DNA of 25,227 nucleotides from Archangium sp. (GTDB lineage Bacteria > Myxococcota > Myxococcia > Myxococcales > Myxococcaceae), in contig JANLPS010000179.1 of the NCBI GenBank assembly GCA_031367385.1, positions 1-25,227 of the forward strand, in the 5' to 3' direction. Position numbers and translations under genes: made by a program. The notes beneath the pieces were generated by a model. It saw only the letters and a program-made list of their open reading frames with translations, did no database searches and had not been told where the DNA came from. Below, in pieces: positions 17,170 to 25,227 of this stretch (its first letter is position 1; the number at the start of each line of letters is the position of its first letter).

Positions 17170-17575
17170 CGCGGGCGTTGACCAGCACGACCGCGCGGCA
17201 CCGAGCCCCGGCGGCGCGGCCCACCGCTGCCGGTGTGAGGGGTGCAGACGCCCGCCTCTGAATCGAAGGTGTAGAGCGTGTCGCCATCGTCCCCCCCGAC
17301 GACGGGCTTTCGCTTCGAGTCGGAGGTCACGCCAGGGCTGCTGGCGTTGACCAGGTCGCTGCATCGTTGCCGAGCGCGAGCTGGTCGTTCTGGTCAGGCA
17401 GCGCTATCGGCGTCGTCGGCATCGGGAACGCCTTGCCGCGCGCGACCCGCTCTGAGGTCACCTCAATGTGCACATCGGGCGCATTGACCTCGAAGCGTGC
17501 GGTTGCGGCCGAAACCAGACGAACGCCGCGAACCCTGCTGCGACCACGAACACGGCCCGCACGACGAGGCCGCTC
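17170..17575 (-). pseudogene. Probable degraded gene relic of a membrane-anchored, beta-propeller-like protein
   Basis: Protein-like pieces in successive different frames: TM GLVVRAVFVVAAGFAAFVWF, then FEVNAPDVHIEVTSERV, then CSDLVNASSPGVTSDSKRKPVVGGDDGDTLYTFDSEAGVCTPHTGSGGP, then VVLVNA. Confidence 0.4.
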
Positions 17576-17682
17576 TTCGCATCGCACGTACGCGCCAGCA
17601 CGTCGCAAACGCGCGTGAGCCGTTTGAGCCCGCTGGCAGCTCTGGTGAGATTCAGACATACGCTGTGGTGGGAGGCGCACGC

Positions 17683-18489
17683 ATGTTGAGTTTCGCCATG
17701 ATGATGATGTTGGCGCAGGCCGACGCAGGCTCGAAGGCGGTGCGGGTCGAGCGGCCGGCCGCGCCCGAATGCATCTCGGCCAGCGGGGTTCGGGTGTGCG
17801 GGTACCACTGCTTGAACTTGGCCTCGGGCTCGATCTGCGCGCAGACGCCCGACGGCATTTGCCAGCGTGGAGAAGCCGATCAAGCGCGCTGCTTCGACCC
17901 TCCGCTGTGGGTCAAGCAAGTCTACGGCGACAAGCTGCCGGCCGCGCAGTGCGTCAGCCACGGCATGAACATGGCCTGCGGGTACAACTGCGCCAAAGAC
18001 GCTGACGGCGTGGCCTGCGCGTCGACTCCGGTCGGCGTGTGCGTCGCCAACTGGGGTCGGGCGATCTGCGCCGACCCGCCGGCCGAGGTGTATGGCGTGT
18101 ACGGCCTCAAGGCGCCTCCACCGACTTGCATGGCCCGTGGCGGGTTGCTGGCCTGTGGCTACAACTGCACCGTCGGCGGCGGGTCGAACATGGGGTGCAG
18201 CCGCACGCCCTTCGGCACCTGCGCCGAGAAGGGCGGAGGCGTGACCTGCTTCGACCCCGACCGCTACGTCATCTGCGCGAAGGGCACCTCGACGCCCAAG
18301 CCCCAGTGCTTGTACGAGTCGGGCGCCTACACCTGCGGGTACGCGTGCAAGATCGCTTACGGCATCGCGGGCTGCGCCAAGACCCCCGACGGCACTTGCA
18401 ATGACGAGGGGTACGGCAAGCCGGTGTGCTTCGACCCTCCAGTGCGCGGTGGCGATGAGAAGTGCGTCGAGCTAATCGGCTTCAAATGA
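17683..18489 (+). CDS. Secreted Cys-rich protein with four repeats of about 60 aa
   Basis: GGAGG RBS then ATG 17683. Four copies of C-x8-CGYxC-x8/9-C-xx-TPxGxC-x8/9-CxDP, 26 Cys in 268 aa. Confidence 0.85.
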   Translation: MLSFAMMMMLAQADAGSKAVRVERPAAPECISASGVRVCGYHCLNLASGSICAQTPDGICQRGEADQARCFDPPLWVKQVYGDKLPAAQCVSHGMNMACGYNCAKDADGVACASTPVGVCVANWGRAICADPPAEVYGVYGLKAPPPTCMARGGLLACGYNCTVGGGSNMGCSRTPFGTCAEKGGGVTCFDPDRYVICAKGTSTPKPQCLYESGAYTCGYACKIAYGIAGCAKTPDGTCNDEGYGKPVCFDPPVRGGDEKCVELIGFK

Positions 18490-19022
18490 AGAAGACGCCG
18501 CAGCGGCCCAACAAGCCTCGAGCCGTGAAGTCGCAATCGACCAAGCCCTTGGCCTCGGCCTCGGCCACGCTCGACGATTTCTGGGAGCTGGTCTCGACGC
18601 CCGATGGCTTCAAAGCCGCGCTCGAGGCGCTCGATGACGACGCGCTGCTCGAGGCGCACGTCGAGTTTCATCAGGCGATGACCCGGGCCTTCGACGCGGT
18701 GCTCTGGAGCGCCGCCGAGCTGATGCACCGAGGCTGTACCGCCGAGCAATTCACCGCCTTTCGCGCGGGGTTGATTGGCCTTGGCCGCGAGACCTTCGAG
18801 GCTGCGCTGCGAGAGCCCGATTCATTGGCCGATGTGCCGCACGTCGAATCGGTGACCGCGACCGGGCCTCGTCACGGCTTGCCGGCCGAGGTCGCCAAGG
18901 CCCGCGGGCTGACGGTCGAGAAAGTGCACGGGCCGAAGAAGCCGACCCGAGACCGGGTGCGCGACGACGAGCTCGAGATTCGCTTTCCCGCGATCGCCGA
19001 GCGTTTCGGCCGCTCACGGTGA
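18486..19022 (+). CDS. DUF4240 domain protein (divergent)
   Basis: DDFWELV, LWSAAELM..GC...F..FR..LI.LGRETFEAAL.EPDSLA, RFP.IA.RF. ATGA overlap with the upstream stop. Confidence 0.75.
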   Translation: MKKTPQRPNKPRAVKSQSTKPLASASATLDDFWELVSTPDGFKAALEALDDDALLEAHVEFHQAMTRAFDAVLWSAAELMHRGCTAEQFTAFRAGLIGLGRETFEAALREPDSLADVPHVESVTATGPRHGLPAEVAKARGLTVEKVHGPKKPTRDRVRDDELEIRFPAIAERFGRSR

Positions 19023-20099
19023 GACGTCAGGTCTGGGCAGGTCGGGCCAGGTGCCCCAGTCGAAACCAAATGCGCCGCGCGAGTGCGCCTGTTGCATCGC
19101 TTCACCGACCGAGTGGTAGCCGTGAACCACGTGCGATGATCTGGCGCCGTTTTCCCAACTGATCTCGACCAAGGTGTCGTTGTCGTCATCGTCGTAGGTG
19201 CCCACGGCGACCACCGTGCCCCTCGAAAAGACCGGAGCGCTGCGGTCGAGTCGGGCATTGAGGTGCACTGCCAGGCTCGCTCCGAACAGTGAGAGCGCGA
19301 TGGATTGGGCGACCACTGAGAGCCGGTAGCGCGCGAACGAGCCCGAATCGCCGGCCGTCAACCGAATGACCGCAGGTCTGAGTGCGAGCGAAACACCCAT
19401 TCCGGCGAGCGCGCCGAAAATCGCGAGGGCCCAGTTCCGATTCCACCCGCTGAGCCTCGAAATCGCGGTCACGACGCTGACACCCGCGAGCAGAACGCTC
19501 ACAGGTGAGAGCCAGGTGCCGCGGCGCCCGGGGCCCTTTGCGCGGGGGCCTCCCGCCGAGGTGAGCTGCATCAACGGCCCCAACGCCTCGAGCAGGCGCG
19601 AATGGGCAAAAATGGCCGTGGTTTTCCACGTCGCGGTGACCACGTCGCTTCGAATCTCGATTGAATCGCACGACCCTCTGAGCAGCGCGAGGGCCGCCGT
19701 GCGTGACTCGGGTCGAGCGAGAATGCGCCTCGTCTCGGCGTCACTGGCGTCGCTGTCAATGTAGACCAGCTCGTCGAACGTCTCGTCTCCGACTTGAACC
19801 TCTTGGTTGATGCCTCGCTGCTTGCCTTCGCGATCGACGGGGGTCTCGCGGCGAATCTTGATCTTCAGGCCGTTGGTTGAAATCGGGCCCTCGAGGCCGA
19901 TGGTGACGATGACGCAGAGCACGGTGCCACTGTTGATGTCGAGGGCGAACGTGACGGGAGCGCCGTTGATGCGCACCTTGAGCTCCGGCGCCCCTCGATA
20001 CGGCACCTCGAGCGCCTGGGCCGTCGATTCGAGCTGCTCGTACGGGCCTTTCGAGGCCTTGTCGGCCGCGACGATCTTCCACCGCGTGCGCTCAGTCAT
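19014..20099 (-). CDS. Hypothetical membrane protein (soluble N-domain, 3 TM, C-terminal beta domain)
   Basis: ATG 20099 overlaps the Kelch gene stop (ATGACTGA). EVQVGDETFDELVYIDSD motif, three hydrophobic helices, then LNARLDRS. Confidence 0.8.
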   Translation of the reverse strand: MTERTRWKIVAADKASKGPYEQLESTAQALEVPYRGAPELKVRINGAPVTFALDINSGTVLCVIVTIGLEGPISTNGLKIKIRRETPVDREGKQRGINQEVQVGDETFDELVYIDSDASDAETRRILARPESRTAALALLRGSCDSIEIRSDVVTATWKTTAIFAHSRLLEALGPLMQLTSAGGPRAKGPGRRGTWLSPVSVLLAGVSVVTAISRLSGWNRNWALAIFGALAGMGVSLALRPAVIRLTAGDSGSFARYRLSVVAQSIALSLFGASLAVHLNARLDRSAPVFSRGTVVAVGTYDDDDNDTLVEISWENGARSSHVVHGYHSVGEAMQQAHSRGAFGFDWGTWPDLPRPDVSP

Positions 20100-23000
20100 T
20101 CGGGTGCGCGACCTTTCGCAACGCCACCGCGAGGACCAGCGCCAACACCCACCCCCCGCCGCTGCCAGTGCTCCCACACGAGCAGCCGACCGTCAGGTCA
20201 TACGGCCCGTGCACGCCCGCGTCTTTGCCCACGAGCCCCGCATCGGGCACGCCCGAATCACCGAACGCGCCAGCATCGGCCCCACCCGCATCGGCACCGG
20301 CGTCGCCGCCAGCGTCAACGACGCCCGCCCCGGCATCGCTGGCACCGGCGTCATCGGCCCCCGCGTCAGGCACCCCCGCATCGACGACGCCCGCGTCAGG
20401 CCCCGCGTCGTCACTGAATGACAAGGTCACCGCGCTGATCTCGCCGCGGCTGAGCGCGTCTGGGTCGTAGGTCATCGACCCCGACTCATCGATCGCCAGG
20501 CTCATGCGCACGAAGCGCGCGTTCTGGCCGATGGCGATGGGCGCTCCGGCCGTTACGGGGCCCAGGGTCAGCGGGCTGCCATACGTGCCCGACGCCAGCG
20601 CCGTTCGCGTGGTCAGCCACACCCGCGTACCGGAGGGGATGACACCGTCGATGGTGATCGTGTCGAGCGTGTTCGCCGCCGGGCCCAAATCAACACCCAG
20701 CGAATACGCCGCCTTCGCATTGGGCCCCGAGATGGTCGCGGTTTGCCCGTCGGCATAGTGCGACTGGCCCGGGTCTCCGACGCCGCAGCAGATGTAGATC
20801 TGCCCTCCCACGGGCACGGTCGAGACGTGGCGGCGACCGATGGCGAAGCGCTCGATCCATGTCCAGCTCCCCACGGTGCCGTCGGCGTGCACGCTCGCGG
20901 TCTCGACGCTGTCATCGCGAATGGTGCCGGTCTGGTCGACGCCCCCGAAGAGAATCAAATTGCCGTCTTGGGCCCTCGCCGAGAAGTTGCGGCGTACCCG
21001 GTTGAACGAGCTCGTCTCCGACCACGCGCCGAGGCCGCCGTCGCTGAGCGCGGGTGCCGATTGGGTGTCTTGAAGAAAGATCGACGTGGCGATGCTGTCG
21101 GGGTTGCCGCCGAAGACGTAAAAACGCCCGCCGTAGGTCGCAGAGGCGTGCCCCCACCGCGGGCGATTCATCGGAGTGGTCGCCGCCCACGGGCCGACGC
21201 CCCCATCGTCGAGCAGCTGCGCCACCTGCGCGTCATCGAAGGCCGGCCCGGCCTGACCGCCCGCGACGTAGAGGTGATCTCCAATCGCCTGCGCCGCGAG
21301 CTCGTTTCGAGGCCCAGCGAAGGGCGTCGTGAATGCCCAGGGTGAGAGCGAACCATTGGCCTGAATCTCGGCCGTCTGCACGGTGCTCGTCGGCGTGACC
21401 CCATCGGAGCCCCCCAGCACGTAGATTCGATTTCGGTACAACACCGCGGAGTGCAGGAACCGCGGCGATACCAGCGTGCTGGTCTGTACCCACGCACCGA
21501 CCGAGCCATCGAGGGCGATCGGCGCGTACCAGACGTCGTCGAGCACCATCGAGTTGCCACCTCCGATGAGGTAGACGAAGCGGTCGGTCGCCAGCAAGCC
21601 CTGGCCTCGCCGCGCCGTTGGCACCGGTGTGCTCGGCACGAAAGGCCCAAGCCCAGCGGTGTGCGGCAACGTACCGACCTGCACGTCACCCAGCGCAGGA
21701 GAGCCCCCGCCGAGCAGAATCAACCGGTCTCCCACCACCACCGCGGCGTGCGAATCGCGAGGGTTCTGAAAGCTCGAGGTCGGCACCCACGGCGTGAGCT
21801 GCCCGTCAGTCTTCAACGACGCCAGCAGCACCGATGACTGGGGGCCACCGGTGGTACGGCCCCCAGTCAAGTACACCGCTCCTCCGTGCGTCACGACGCT
21901 GCCCCCGGCCATCGCCAGCGGGAGCGCGGGGCCAGCGACCCACGACCCCACCACCCCGCCGTCGGTGATGGTCGCCAAGCTCACGGCGCCGGTGAGCGTG
22001 CCCGAGGTCGTCGCGCCTCCGAGCACGTAGAGGTGCTCGCGGTAGGCGAAGGTGGGGGCGTCGTAGCGAGGTGTTGGCAGGTCGGGCGCGCGGCTCCAGG
22101 GGCCGACGGTGCCATCAAAGCTGAGCATCGCCGTGTCGACTTCAGCCAGCGCGCCCGAGCCCAGCCCGCCCACCAGGTAGACCTGATTCTTCTCGAGCAC
22201 GACGCCGTGCTTATACCGGCCGATAGGCGACGGAGCGGCCGCGACCCAGGCGCCCAGGGTGCCATCGGGGTTGATCGGCGCGACGTCGACCGTGGCTTGC
22301 GCGGTGCCGAAGTTGTTGAGGCCCCCGAAGACGAAGATGAAGTTGTTCAGCGCGACGGCGGCCGCACCCGTTCTGGGGAGCGGCAGGGGGGTGGTGGCCG
22401 TGAAGTTGCTCACTGTGGTGCCGTTGACCGAGGCCATCAGCACTGAGGTGTCGGGGGCCGTCGGCACTCTGCCGCCAATCACGTAGATGAAGCCTCGGTG
22501 AGCGACCACCGCGTGTTCGGTGCGAGCACTGATGGGTGACGTGCCAGCCCACGCGGAGATGAACGGGCCGCCGATCAGCGGCGCTTTTTCGACGATGGTC
22601 GACGCGCTGCCGTTGAACCCCCCGATTGAATACACCCACCCGTCGGCCGCGACGGCGGCGTTCTTGGTGCGCGCCACCGGTTGCTGCACAGGTATCTCCC
22701 ACGGAGTGACATCGCCATTGCCGTTCAGCGTGCTCATGAACACGTCGGGCGCGACGCCATCGATGCCGCCCATCACGACCAGGGCTCCCCGGTGCGCCAC
22801 CAGGCTCAACCCGGAGCGCCCGCGGGGGAGGGCGGGCTGGGGGACCCACGCACCCAAGGTGCCATCGGCGGCGATGACCGCCCGGTCGACGTTCGCTCGA
22901 TCGAGCGCGCCATCAGACCCGCCGGCCACATACACGCTGCCGGCGTGAATCGCCGACGCGTGGTCGAACATCGCAGCGGGCAGGGTACCGGCCGAGCTCC

Positions 23001-23670
23001 ATGCGCCCAGAGTGCCATCGGCGTTCAACTCGCTGCGCCACACCCCGGCGAGTGGAGTCATGCCAAGCTGCCCACCGAGCACGTACACGAACCCGCGGTT
23101 GACCAGCATCGCGTGGTGGGTGATGGCCGAGGGCAACGTCGGCCCTGCCAACCAGGGCCCCAGGCTCCCATCGGCGGCGATCGCGCTGATCAGCACTTCG
23201 TTGAGGCCATCGCCGCCGGTGACCACCATGAAGCCATCGCTCGCGACCGCAGCGAGCCCGCTGCGCGCCGTCGGCAACGGGCGATCGGCGACCCAGGCAC
23301 CGAGCGCTCCGCCGGCGTTGAGGCTGGCTCGACGCACCGCGGCCGACACGGTCGCACCGGTGCCTCCCAGCACATAGACGAAGCCATGCGAGACCACCGC
23401 GGCGTGGCTCGCCGTGCCCGCGGGGAGCGACGTCGTCACATCGAAGGCGCCGACTGACCGGGCCACGGGGCTGACGGCGAGCCGGTTGCCCAGAAGCTCG
23501 GTGCTGCCCTCGAAGGTGCCCGCGGCGAACCCCGAGGCGGTGTCGATGACGGTGGTTCGGCTCAGCGCCTGCGATGCCTGGCTGACGCTCGTTTCACTGG
23601 GCTTCTCTCGGCACGCGGCGCCCGCGAGCATCACCAGCACCAGCGCGCTCCATCGAACCGGGGGTGCCAT
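20092..23670 (-). CDS. Large Kelch-repeat surface protein (18 repeats) with lipobox-like N-terminus and MYXO-CTERM-type C-terminus
   Basis: I count 18 repeats of G.W.....LP..R..H........hYhhGG. N-terminal LAGAAC. C-terminal GCSC-linker-WVLALVLAVAL-RK. Confidence 0.9.
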   Translation of the reverse strand: MAPPVRWSALVLVMLAGAACREKPSETSVSQASQALSRTTVIDTASGFAAGTFEGSTELLGNRLAVSPVARSVGAFDVTTSLPAGTASHAAVVSHGFVYVLGGTGATVSAAVRRASLNAGGALGAWVADRPLPTARSGLAAVASDGFMVVTGGDGLNEVLISAIAADGSLGPWLAGPTLPSAITHHAMLVNRGFVYVLGGQLGMTPLAGVWRSELNADGTLGAWSSAGTLPAAMFDHASAIHAGSVYVAGGSDGALDRANVDRAVIAADGTLGAWVPQPALPRGRSGLSLVAHRGALVVMGGIDGVAPDVFMSTLNGNGDVTPWEIPVQQPVARTKNAAVAADGWVYSIGGFNGSASTIVEKAPLIGGPFISAWAGTSPISARTEHAVVAHRGFIYVIGGRVPTAPDTSVLMASVNGTTVSNFTATTPLPLPRTGAAAVALNNFIFVFGGLNNFGTAQATVDVAPINPDGTLGAWVAAAPSPIGRYKHGVVLEKNQVYLVGGLGSGALAEVDTAMLSFDGTVGPWSRAPDLPTPRYDAPTFAYREHLYVLGGATTSGTLTGAVSLATITDGGVVGSWVAGPALPLAMAGGSVVTHGGAVYLTGGRTTGGPQSSVLLASLKTDGQLTPWVPTSSFQNPRDSHAAVVVGDRLILLGGGSPALGDVQVGTLPHTAGLGPFVPSTPVPTARRGQGLLATDRFVYLIGGGNSMVLDDVWYAPIALDGSVGAWVQTSTLVSPRFLHSAVLYRNRIYVLGGSDGVTPTSTVQTAEIQANGSLSPWAFTTPFAGPRNELAAQAIGDHLYVAGGQAGPAFDDAQVAQLLDDGGVGPWAATTPMNRPRWGHASATYGGRFYVFGGNPDSIATSIFLQDTQSAPALSDGGLGAWSETSSFNRVRRNFSARAQDGNLILFGGVDQTGTIRDDSVETASVHADGTVGSWTWIERFAIGRRHVSTVPVGGQIYICCGVGDPGQSHYADGQTATISGPNAKAAYSLGVDLGPAANTLDTITIDGVIPSGTRVWLTTRTALASGTYGSPLTLGPVTAGAPIAIGQNARFVRMSLAIDESGSMTYDPDALSRGEISAVTLSFSDDAGPDAGVVDAGVPDAGADDAGASDAGAGVVDAGGDAGADAGGADAGAFGDSGVPDAGLVGKDAGVHGPYDLTVGCSCGSTGSGGGWVLALVLAVALRKVAHPND
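20215..20412 (-). repeat. In-frame DAG-rich low-complexity linker (12 DAG plus 1 DSG)
   Basis: DDAGPDAGVVDAGVPDAGADDAGASDAGAGVVDAGGDAGADAGGADAGAFGDSGVPDAGLVGKDAG, just before the sorting signal. Confidence 0.9.
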
Positions 23671-23744
23671 GGCGAGACGAAAGCCTACCCCACACGCTCC
23701 AGCGAAGGTGGACCTGCTGACGATGAAAGCGTAGGTCCCACGCC

Positions 23745-25227
23745 ATGAGCCACCTTCGTTTCGCGCTGACTGCGCTCCTCATCAGCGCCTGTGCCACCGC
23801 GCCTGCGCCCGTCTCCCAGCCCGTCGCGGTGAGCGCCGTCGAGCCGGTGAAATCGTCACCCGCGCTCGAGCCGTTGCCCCTGTGGCCCGAGGTCAAGCAC
23901 GGCACGCTGCCCAATGGCCTCTCATACTACGTGCTCAAGCACGGCAAGCCTGAGAAGCGGGCCTTCTTGTGGCTGGCGGTGAACGCGGGCTCGGTGGCCG
24001 AAGACGACGACCAGCGGGGCCTGGCGCACTTCGATGAGCACATGGCTTTCAACGGCACCGCCAAGTACCCCAAGGCCGAGATCGTCGACTCGCTCGAGAA
24101 GCTCGGCATGCGCTTCGGCGCCGACCTGAACGCCTACACCGATTACGACGAGACCGTGTACCAGCTCGAGGTACCGACCGACGCGCCCACCGGGCTCTCG
24201 ACGGGCCTCGATATTCTCCACGAGTGGGCGGGGGCGGTCAGCTACGAGCCCAAAGAGGTCGACAAGGAGCGCGGCGTGGTGCTCGAGGAGCTTCGCCTGC
24301 ACAAGGGCGTGATGCAGCGGTTGTTCGACAGGCACCTGCAGGTCGAGCTGGGCGACATTCGCTATGCCCAGCGCAAGACGATTGGCCTGGCGAGCACCCT
24401 CGAGAAGGCGCCGCGAGAGGCCCTGCTGCGCTTTTACAAAGACTGGTACCGCCCCGACTTGATGGCGGTGATCGCCGTGGGCGACGTCGACCCCGATGCG
24501 CTCACCAAGCAAATCGCCGAGAAGTTCGGCGACTTGAAGGCCCCGACGCCCGAGCGCCCACGCCCCAGCGGCGGTGTGCCCAAGGCCGATGGCACCCGGG
24601 TCTCGATTGAAGCCGACCCGGAGCTCTCGTTCACCTCGGTGCAGGTGGTGAACCTGGTGCCGCACCGCTCCGAGTCGAACCTGGCCGACTTTCGGCGCAT
24701 CTTGACCGAGTCGCTCTACATCTCGATGTTCAACGAGCGCATGGCCCTGCTCGCGCGCAGAGCCGACGCGCCGTTCGCGCAGGCCGGTGGCTCGGTGGGT
24801 GACCTGACTCGGGAGATCGACTCGTTCACCCGAGGCGCCACGGTCAAGGGCGGCAAGGTCGAGGCGACCCTGAGGCAGCTCCTGAGCGAATCGCTGCGTG
24901 CCGAGAAGCTGGGCTTCACGCAAGGTGAGCTCGACCGCGCCCAGGCGATTCTGACCCGCATCTACGTGCAGAACGACGTCGAAGCGAAGACCAGCGACAG
25001 CACCGCCTGGGCCCGCGAAATCACCCGGCACTTCTTCGAGAACGAGTTCATGGTCGGCCGCACCGTCGAGAAGCGCTTGGCGCTCGAGATCTTGCCCACC
25101 ATCACCCTGGCCGAGCTCAACACCACCGCCAGCCGCTTCGGTGGCGCCGACAACCGGGTGATTCTGATCTCCGGGCCCGACCCGAAGCTGTTGCCCAGCC
25201 GCGAGAACGTGCTCGACCAGGTCAAGG
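23745..25227 (+). CDS. M16 family zinc metallopeptidase (PqqL-like), probable lipoprotein, partial
   Basis: Not in the ORF track because there is no stop. Hand translation from ATG 23745: MSHLRFALTALLISAC...GTLPNGLSYYV...VNAGSVAEDDDQRGLAHFDEHMAFNGT (HxxEH)...NAYTDYDETVY...ERGVVLEE...FYKDWYRPDLM. Confidence 0.93.
   Translation, partial: MSHLRFALTALLISACATAPAPVSQPVAVSAVEPVKSSPALEPLPLWPEVKHGTLPNGLSYYVLKHGKPEKRAFLWLAVNAGSVAEDDDQRGLAHFDEHMAFNGTAKYPKAEIVDSLEKLGMRFGADLNAYTDYDETVYQLEVPTDAPTGLSTGLDILHEWAGAVSYEPKEVDKERGVVLEELRLHKGVMQRLFDRHLQVELGDIRYAQRKTIGLASTLEKAPREALLRFYKDWYRPDLMAVIAVGDVDPDALTKQIAEKFGDLKAPTPERPRPSGGVPKADGTRVSIEADPELSFTSVQVVNLVPHRSESNLADFRRILTESLYISMFNERMALLARRADAPFAQAGGSVGDLTREIDSFTRGATVKGGKVEATLRQLLSESLRAEKLGFTQGELDRAQAILTRIYVQNDVEAKTSDSTAWAREITRHFFENEFMVGRTVEKRLALEILPTITLAELNTTASRFGGADNRVILISGPDPKLLPSRENVLDQVK

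Noticed and set aside
17174..17354. 12-bp direct repeat GGCGTTGACCAG (17174-17185 and 17343-17354) as a target-site duplication
   Set aside because: No terminal inverted repeats or transposase remnant. Both copies read LVNA on the minus strand, so coding coincidence is sufficient.
17071..17364. 98-aa N-terminal extension of the S8 ORF in the track
   Set aside because: Arg/Trp-rich shadow-frame composition, while other frames look more protein-like here. GTG 17070 has a plausible RBS.
17683..18489. Multiheme cytochrome or Fe-S protein
   Set aside because: No CxxCH or ferredoxin-type Cys spacing.
23710..23738. Hammerhead-ribozyme-like string GGACCTG-CTGACGA-T-GAAA-GC-GTA-GGTCC in the Kelch/M16 divergent gap
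   Set aside because: The core words are in order and GGACC/GGTCC can pair, but only 1 nt separates CTGACGA from GAAA (no stem II) and no stem III can form. Best read as a simple hairpin or promoter sequence.
23922..25031. 369-aa minus-strand ORF
   Set aside because: Antisense shadow of the M16 peptidase, which has clear HxxEH motifs on the plus strand.

Overview
GC-rich, densely packed bacterial chromosome segment, most likely Myxococcota, inferred from a MYXO-CTERM-type sorting signal, a DAG-repeat linker and several lipoproteins. About 21 probable CDS, two of them cut by the window edges and absent from the ORF track (a TPR-like protein at 1-512 on - and an M16 zinc peptidase at 23745-25227 on +). 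Recognisable genes are a Cys-based PTP/DSP-type phosphatase, a four-gene envelope operon (tail-anchored protein, DUF4203-like membrane protein, Tat-exported DUF4159 protein, vWA/Ig/GATase1-like membrane protein), a YebC-family gene, dctA, a small basic winged-helix protein, DUF1223, an HExxH zincin paired with a non-canonical Ddl-like ATP-grasp ligase, an ABC-F ATPase, an S8 protease, a 26-Cys repeat protein coupled to a divergent DUF4240 gene, and an 18-repeat Kelch surface protein. Non-coding features include a REP-like 25-bp inverted repeat fused to a heptamer tandem array, and a probable frameshifted gene relic upstream of the S8 gene. I found no rRNA, tRNA, CRISPR array, transposase or integrase. 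The best candidates for an uncharacterised system are the peptidase/ATP-grasp pair and the winged-helix nucleoid-protein-like gene. Family names come from motif recognition by eye; no database searches were run.
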